Source: Eubacteriales bacterium (GTDB lineage: Bacteria; Bacillota; Clostridia; Oscillospirales; CAG-272). From it: a DNA stretch of 64,000 nt. Shown here one piece after another: positions 57,840-64,000 of the stretch. Position numbers and translations under genes: made by a program. The DNA lies in assembly GCA_045659245.1 (NCBI GenBank), contig JAZOWN010000037.1, positions 10,655 to 74,654 on the forward strand, given 5' to 3'. Positions within the stretch are counted from its first letter, which is position 1, and every line of letters starts with the position of its first letter. The notes below the pieces were generated by a model, which did not search any database, was not told the origin of the DNA, and saw only the letters and a program-made list of their open reading frames with translations.

Positions 57840-60343
57840 TGAGTGAAAAAAGATCGATAAATCAAATATCCGAGCCTGCTCTTAAAGCAATCAAGAGCAA
57901 GAGCCCGGAAGCCCTTCCTCTTCGTCCATCAGAATCCGGAATGTCCTCCGCGGATATACGTGATAAGTTTTATAAATTCGTTACAGATGATAAGTCTTCC
58001 ATAGTTGGGGAGATAAAAAGAATAGTAGATGAGCAGAACGATATCAACGATGTTCTGTTTGATTTTAAAGACGCTGTTACGGGAAAAGAAGAATATAAAA
58101 CAGAATCTAAGAATATCGTAGGAGCCGTCAATGAAATACATGATGAAACCGACGCCCTTAAGCAAAAGCTGTTCGGAGGTAGTGGGAGCATTCTTTCTTC
58201 AGACGTTTTGCCCTCGTACGTAGACGACGTTTTAGAATTTAACGGCTTTGAAAAATTTCCCGCTACCGGTGCTACAGGGATTATATACGTTGATACCGTT
58301 AAAAATGAAACTTACCGCTGGGGTGGCTCTGCTTATATTTTAATCGGTAAAGACGTTCCTATCGCAAAAGGTACCGGCAAAGGTAGCATCGTCATAAACG
58401 AGGGAGAAGCAAGCGGAGATAGCTCTATCGCGGGCGGCACTACTGATACAGAGTTGATTAAGTCCGTTCTCGGTGGTGGATATGCAGAGCTTATAGAGAA
58501 GTACGGCGATATATCAAAGATGTCGGATACCGTTTTAAATATTCTTTTGAGTGCGGCTGATGTAGGATATACTCTTGAAGAATTTAAACGAATACTCACC
58601 ATATCCCCCTCAACAGCAGAAGGACTATTGGCTATATCTCTCGGCGCAAGCAACAAGGCACAAACGGCGGGGGCTATATCACTTGGCTTTGGCAATATAA
58701 GTGGTGCAAAGGGCTACTATATATCAGAAATAGGCACTACCGATAAGACTATAACTCTTTCAACAGCGCAAGACCGACACGAAGGTACGAGTGGCGTGAA
58801 GTGGAAAGCAGGTGACCGCTTATCCATTGTGAACGGGGATAGATACTTTGCAGAGATAGAAATGGTAAAGCAAACGAGCCCTAGTATGACAATAGTAACC
58901 CTTAAGGATATGCCGTTCACAGAGTTGGCAGAACTTAAAACAGTAACAATTCCCCTTGATAAAACATACAACATCACCAATCCCTCCGAGCGTTCGGTTA
59001 TAAACCTTGACAAGCCTGAAAGCGGAGCGGTTGATTTCGGCTGGGGCGCTATCGCTTTAGGAGCGTTAAACACGGTACTCGGTAGTAACGCTTTTGGTGT
59101 AGGCTATAAGCATCTTATTGCAGGAGATTTCGGTGCAAGTTTTGGTATGGAAAATACGGTCGGATATTCCGCAGGTGCGATAGGTATTTTAATTCAAGCT
59201 CTTGCAAAGGCTACATTCGGAGCGGGTTGTGGCATTCTCTTAACGGAAAACTATCAAGCAGGATTTGGTAAGTGGAACGAAGAAAACAAAAACGCTTTGT
59301 TAATGGTCGGTAATGGTAGTGAGAACAAGCGTTCAAATGCTTTCGAGGTTTTAAATGATGGAACTATTCAAATGCGTAAGCTTATAGCAGGTAAAGGTTG
59401 TACTGCAGAGGGTGACTATGCGAGTTCAAGAGGTTATGAAACTCACTCTGATGGTTGGGCTGCTTCGTCTGAAGGACAAGGTACTCAAGCTAATGGCGAC
59501 CGTGCTCACTCAGGTGGTCATTATTCATACGCTGACCACGAGGATAGCTTTGTTCACGGAAAGAGCCTAAAGACATCAAGACATCGTCAAGCAATTTTTG
59601 GGGAATACAATAAAGATAACTCAAACGCCGTATTTATTCTTGGCAACGGTACAGCTAGCGGACGTTCAAACGCTTTTGAAGTCATTTCAAAAAACGGAGT
59701 ATGTTCTATCAAAGTAGGAAATACAGAGCTTACAGAGGAACAATTACAGCAAGTAATAGAACAAGACTGGCAAGAAATCACCAATTATATTGATGCAGAA
59801 ATCGCGGAATTTGATTTTGTCAAGGTCGTTGACGAGCTTCCCAAAGAAGGCTTACCTAACCGTGAATATTTTGTACGCAAAGCAAGTCCCGACACAAACG
59901 ATTTATTCGAGGAATACGCGTGGGTAAACACAGGAACGGAAGAAGAACCAAATTGGGGTTGGGAATTTAAGGGTACAAAAACACTTGAAATTGATTTGTC
60001 TGATTATGTGAAGAAAACCGATTATGCAACAACTGACAACGAAGGTATAGTTAGAGTTGGAGAGGGCTTAACTATATCTACATCTACTCACAAATTGAAC
60101 ATTTTAAATGCTCAATACGAACATATAGATGCAAAACTATCAAATTATCGTCCTGTCACTCCAGCGAATCTTGACTATGCCGTAAAAGTAGGACTTACCA
60201 CTAACGCCATAACACTTACTGACGAAGAAAAGGCTGCGGCACAAACTTGGCTTGGTATTGATAACCTAATCGGTGATATTTCTGCCGCACTTGACGAACT
60301 TCACAACTACGCACAAAATCTTGTGAACGGAGGTGCTTCGTAA
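57839..60343 (+). CDS. Tail fibre/spike with YadA/Hep_Hag-like repeats
   Basis: LPSYVDDVLE segment, Gly-Ala-rich repeats and two GNG...RSNAFEV neck motifs. Confidence 0.7.
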   Translation: MSEKRSINQISEPALKAIKSKSPEALPLRPSESGMSSADIRDKFYKFVTDDKSSIVGEIKRIVDEQNDINDVLFDFKDAVTGKEEYKTESKNIVGAVNEIHDETDALKQKLFGGSGSILSSDVLPSYVDDVLEFNGFEKFPATGATGIIYVDTVKNETYRWGGSAYILIGKDVPIAKGTGKGSIVINEGEASGDSSIAGGTTDTELIKSVLGGGYAELIEKYGDISKMSDTVLNILLSAADVGYTLEEFKRILTISPSTAEGLLAISLGASNKAQTAGAISLGFGNISGAKGYYISEIGTTDKTITLSTAQDRHEGTSGVKWKAGDRLSIVNGDRYFAEIEMVKQTSPSMTIVTLKDMPFTELAELKTVTIPLDKTYNITNPSERSVINLDKPESGAVDFGWGAIALGALNTVLGSNAFGVGYKHLIAGDFGASFGMENTVGYSAGAIGILIQALAKATFGAGCGILLTENYQAGFGKWNEENKNALLMVGNGSENKRSNAFEVLNDGTIQMRKLIAGKGCTAEGDYASSRGYETHSDGWAASSEGQGTQANGDRAHSGGHYSYADHEDSFVHGKSLKTSRHRQAIFGEYNKDNSNAVFILGNGTASGRSNAFEVISKNGVCSIKVGNTELTEEQLQQVIEQDWQEITNYIDAEIAEFDFVKVVDELPKEGLPNREYFVRKASPDTNDLFEEYAWVNTGTEEEPNWGWEFKGTKTLEIDLSDYVKKTDYATTDNEGIVRVGEGLTISTSTHKLNILNAQYEHIDAKLSNYRPVTPANLDYAVKVGLTTNAITLTDEEKAAAQTWLGIDNLIGDISAALDELHNYAQNLVNGGAS

Positions 60344-62187
60344 TGACAATAGCTGAACAAATTACAAGAGCAAAAGCCGATTATGATGCAGTTTACACAG
60401 CAGGGTATGAAAAAGGCAAAGCAGAAGAAATCATAAAGCATGCTGAAATTCCAGACTATGTAAAAAAAGAAGCAATAGAAGTTGCAAACAAAGTTAATTC
60501 CGTAAGGACAAAAGACAGTATTGTTTTTCTTGCGATGTCGGACTCTCACTACTACGGAACACAAGGAAACGACTCAGATGGCAAACAAGGTAATACTTGT
60601 AATCTTCACGGAGCTATGGGCGCAAAGATACTTGCATACGCATTAAACCTTGATTTTGTTACGCATTTGGGTGATGCCACATGGGGACATAGTACAACAG
60701 ACTCGGAAATGCTCAACTCACAAATAAATACTTTCTTTGGTATGCTTGACGAGTCACATGCTAACCTCCCACGTTTTTACGCTATTGGAAACCACGATAC
60801 TGGACTTTATTATCATAACGAAATGATTAAGGCGGGTAATACTGGAGTATATACCGAAACTGGTGAAAATCTTTATAATAAGTTTACGGCTCTTTCCGTA
60901 AGTGAAGATACAGTATTTGGCGGCGAAGCATACGGCGGCTATTGTTATCGAGATTTTGTTGATAAAAAACTGCGTGTATTCTTGTTAAACACAAGCGAGT
61001 CACACCTATATAACCAACAAGATGCAAATATGCTCAGTTCACAGCTTGTATGGTTCAAAGAGGCTTTAGTTGACCTTAACGAGAAAGAAGATGCTGACAG
61101 ATGGAGCTATATTGTACTTTGTCATTATCCTGCGGACTACGGTAGTGGTTTATTGAGCAAAACTTTGAAATCTTATATAAATGGCATCGAGGATTTTACA
61201 GGGATAAACAGGGCAAGATTTATCGCACAATTTCACGGACACATTCATAACTTTTTAGCATCCAAGCTTTATGATGCTGATAAAGTTCAGTTTGATGCTT
61301 GGAGAATAGCTGTTCCAAACGGTCAATATAACAGAGAAAATTATTATGACGATTATAAGGAAGACACGAGTTATCCAAAAACTCCAAATACAGCAAACGA
61401 TACTTCTTTTGTCGTAAACGTCATTAACCCAAGCGAAAAAAAGATTTATTCTTTCTGTTATGGCGCTGGATATGACAGAGTTATTGGATATGGGGACGTG
61501 ACATATCACCTTATCAATAGAACGCTCGTAAACACCGCCACGGACGGTACAATCCTCTCTGTGGAGCACGGTAAATCATTCTCTGAAACTATTACGCCAA
61601 ATGAAGACCACGATATGCAAACTGTGTCTGTAACTATGGGTGGGGTAGATATAAGTTCTTCTGCTATAACGATTAACGGTAGTGACTATCACATTTCTAT
61701 CGCAGAGGTTACTGGTGATATTGAAATCTTTGCGAGAGCTGTGGCTCGCGTAAATTACACGAACCAATTGTTAATTTCTACCGATACAGATGGAAGTGTA
61801 TATAATGGCATCGGCTATAAAGCTAATAGTTATTTATCGAGTGGGGCAGTGGGAACAAAAACTGGACTGTATTTGTCTGGCTTTATTCCTGTAAAATATG
61901 GAGATACGCTTTACTTTAAAAACTGCACAATACAGGCAGAACAGGGCTACCATAGATTTGCCGCATACGATAGCAGTAAAGCATTTATTACCGACCATCA
62001 GCATGATACGACAGCAAACAAAATTGTAAAGGTTGGTACTCCGACTTATGGCTCAGATGGAAATATGACGTCGTTGCAAATCACTGGCAACTATTGGGAT
62101 GAGAAGTACGACGTTAAATATATCCGCTTCTGCTGTTCTTATTTAGGGGAAGACTCTATTGTTACAGTTAATGAACCCATCGAATAA
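60343..62187 (+). CDS. Calcineurin-like metallophosphoesterase in the tail module
   Basis: SDSH, LGD, GNHD, CH and GHIH motifs plus C-terminal beta domains. Confidence 0.8.
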   Translation: MTIAEQITRAKADYDAVYTAGYEKGKAEEIIKHAEIPDYVKKEAIEVANKVNSVRTKDSIVFLAMSDSHYYGTQGNDSDGKQGNTCNLHGAMGAKILAYALNLDFVTHLGDATWGHSTTDSEMLNSQINTFFGMLDESHANLPRFYAIGNHDTGLYYHNEMIKAGNTGVYTETGENLYNKFTALSVSEDTVFGGEAYGGYCYRDFVDKKLRVFLLNTSESHLYNQQDANMLSSQLVWFKEALVDLNEKEDADRWSYIVLCHYPADYGSGLLSKTLKSYINGIEDFTGINRARFIAQFHGHIHNFLASKLYDADKVQFDAWRIAVPNGQYNRENYYDDYKEDTSYPKTPNTANDTSFVVNVINPSEKKIYSFCYGAGYDRVIGYGDVTYHLINRTLVNTATDGTILSVEHGKSFSETITPNEDHDMQTVSVTMGGVDISSSAITINGSDYHISIAEVTGDIEIFARAVARVNYTNQLLISTDTDGSVYNGIGYKANSYLSSGAVGTKTGLYLSGFIPVKYGDTLYFKNCTIQAEQGYHRFAAYDSSKAFITDHQHDTTANKIVKVGTPTYGSDGNMTSLQITGNYWDEKYDVKYIRFCCSYLGEDSIVTVNEPIE

Positions 62188-62444
62188 TGCAACCGTTAAT
62201 GATGCGGTAAAGCAGCAGTTGAAATAATTGCTGACGAAAGAAGAATATGGATACGGCATTACTGATAACGATGTTCTCGGTTGCCTAAGCCGCCATCGGT
62301 GTCTTTATCTCTTGGCCTGTGTTTGCAAGATAGAATAAAAAGGATACCGAAAAGGAAGGCGAACCCCGAGGTGTTATAACATTTGATATAGATACTAAAC
62401 TAAAGATGTGAAAGAATAAAAAAGAGAATTGAGGAGGCATCAAA

Positions 62445-63008
62445 ATGAAGGCAGTAAAAATCGTATTACTTATACTGGGAGTGCTATTACTTATCGCGGC
62501 GATCGCGGCGACCGCATATTTTGGAATATCTCGCGGGGAGAGCGGGGAGCTGCTGTTTTTCGGAATGAACAAGGACGAGGTGCAGATCTACGCTAAGGAA
62601 GAAATTCTCCCTATGCTCACCGGGATAGCTACGGCAGTGACTACGCTTTATGTAGCAATTTCCCCGGCGATAAAGAAGATCCGCGCGGCAAGCAGCAATT
62701 TTGAAACAGCGACGGCAGGAGTTAATTCCGCTTCTGCCGACGTTAAGGCAAACAGAGCGCACGTGGCAAAAATAGAGGAAGATCTTCGCAAGGATATGGA
62801 GACGGTAAAAAACGAATATGCTCAGATAGACAGGAAGCTTGACGCGCTTGAGCACGCGATGCTTTTGGCGTTTACCAACTCACGTGAGCACGTTGTGAAC
62901 GGCAGCTCGACGGAGATAGCGCACATTCTTCAGCATAAGGAGGGCAAGGACAATGGAAAAGAAAACGGAAAAGAAGATGGAAAAGAAAACGACGAAGCTA
63001 TACTTTAA
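62445..63008 (+). CDS. Phage membrane protein with coiled coil
   Basis: N-terminal TM segment; GGAGG RBS. Confidence 0.6.
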   Translation: MKAVKIVLLILGVLLLIAAIAATAYFGISRGESGELLFFGMNKDEVQIYAKEEILPMLTGIATAVTTLYVAISPAIKKIRAASSNFETATAGVNSASADVKANRAHVAKIEEDLRKDMETVKNEYAQIDRKLDALEHAMLLAFTNSREHVVNGSSTEIAHILQHKEGKDNGKENGKEDGKENDEAIL

Positions 63009-63432
63009 GCTGATGGCGCTTTATGTCGGAAGCTTTCTTGCGTCTGTGCTTCCCGTTGCAATATTGCTTGCGCTGAATTGGGAAAAATACACCGGCTATA
63101 CGGTCGGAGGAAATATAAGGCTGGGGGCAGGGGCGGCAATCGCCCTTGCCATAGTGGCGCTGAAGCTTCTCGGAAAACTAAAAATGCCGAGAAGAGTGGT
63201 GCTTTTTGCCATAGTGTGCGGGCTTTCATATCTTTTGGCTCCGCTACTTAACGATCTTTTCCTTTTGTCTGCGGCGGCTCTTGTCGGAGAGGTGGCGGGC
63301 TGGGCGTGCTTCCAAACGGGCATTAAGCGGGTACGTGATCAGATAAACGTTGAAAAAAGCTCCGATACCACTGCGGAAAAGATGGAAGAAGTTTTGAAGA
63401 AATATATGCCGGGGGAAGAAGAGCATGAATGA
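62953..63432 (+). CDS. Phage multi-pass membrane protein (holin candidate)
   Basis: About 4 hydrophobic segments and charged termini. Confidence 0.5.
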   Translation: MEKKTEKKMEKKTTKLYFKLMALYVGSFLASVLPVAILLALNWEKYTGYTVGGNIRLGAGAAIALAIVALKLLGKLKMPRRVVLFAIVCGLSYLLAPLLNDLFLLSAAALVGEVAGWACFQTGIKRVRDQINVEKSSDTTAEKMEEVLKKYMPGEEEHE

Positions 63433-64000
63433 TAAGATAAAAGAGATCTTTTCTGGTGGATTTAGGAGCTTTAAAAACAGCACGGGTTATCTGATAGTAT
63501 TCGCTCTTGCCGCCATATATACGCTAACTGCATTTATCACTATCGAGCAGACGGGAAAAAGCGTATGGCAAATAGTAGTAGACGGCATACTTGCTTTCTT
63601 TATAGGAATATTCATAAACCGTGCGTTTGAATTCCAAGGAATAATTAACGGTGACGGAGTGGATATTGTTAAGATCACGGTCGGCCGACATATAGAGATG
63701 GTTGATGCTGTGTCGCCGTACATAGATAAGCTTGAGTCATGGTGCGACAAAAAGAACCACGAGGCGTTACGTACACAGCGAACCCGTATACTTGCGGAAA
63801 AGGGGATGAAGTATTCCGATTATTTTACCGACGAGGGTATGACACGTGATTTTAAAGTCAACGAGGAGGCCCTTAAAAGCATATATACAAGGCAAATAGA
63901 AAAGACACGCATAAAATGCTACTATAAAGCGCTCTCTCTTAAGCTGACTCCGCTTACGGCAAGTGTCCTTACGAGCGAGGGAGGAAAGGCGGGAGATCCT
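63425..64000 (+). CDS. Phage membrane protein (partial, runs off the window)
   Basis: Open frame MNDKIKEIFSGG... with two hydrophobic segments and no stop before 64000. Confidence 0.6.
   Translation, partial: MNDKIKEIFSGGFRSFKNSTGYLIVFALAAIYTLTAFITIEQTGKSVWQIVVDGILAFFIGIFINRAFEFQGIINGDGVDIVKITVGRHIEMVDAVSPYIDKLESWCDKKNHEALRTQRTRILAEKGMKYSDYFTDEGMTRDFKVNEEALKSIYTRQIEKTRIKCYYKALSLKLTPLTASVLTSEGGKAGDP

Larger units (their letters stand above)
35915..64000. mobile_element. Temperate prophage (podovirus-like), right end beyond the window
   Basis: Integrase, cI/cro switch, early genes, TerS/TerL, portal, scaffold, capsid and tail genes in canonical order. Confidence 0.95.

Noticed and set aside
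57839-60343. Tail fibre as a DGR target
   Set aside because: No match to the TR was found by eye; the repeated RSNAFEV segments are protein-level neck repeats.
62188-62440. Possible ncRNA or gene remnant after the phosphoesterase
   Set aside because: No convincing ORF, RBS or stable structure could be supported by eye.

Overview
The window has two parts. Bases 1-35.9 kb are chromosome of a Clostridia-like (Bacillota) bacterium. They carry the end of a CDP-dideoxysugar locus (rfbH plus a YerE-like ThDP enzyme), eda, type III glutamine synthetase, an AraC-flanked catabolic cluster (OYE, SDR, flavoprotein, heparinase II/III-like, SGNH), cell-wall glycan genes (glf, GT2, GT8), pyk, cca, ruvX, tRNA-Arg(ACG), prfB and several REP-like palindromes. 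From about 35.92 kb to the window end lies a temperate, podovirus-like prophage. Its large serine recombinase sits at a junction that cuts a P-type Ca2+-ATPase gene just before the PEGLP motif. The prophage early region carries a complete diversity-generating retroelement (DGR): avd, a 71-nt template repeat (TR) clamped by a 12-bp inverted repeat, and a reverse transcriptase (RT). The TR matches two variable repeats with adenine-only mismatches (12 and 11 substitutions). These lie in two diverged, small, apparently cytoplasmic paralogues, each directly downstream of an XRE-HTH gene; one is the second gene of the cro operon, about 4.4 kb from the TR. The visible tail fibre is not a target. Family assignments come from motifs recognised by eye; no database search was run.
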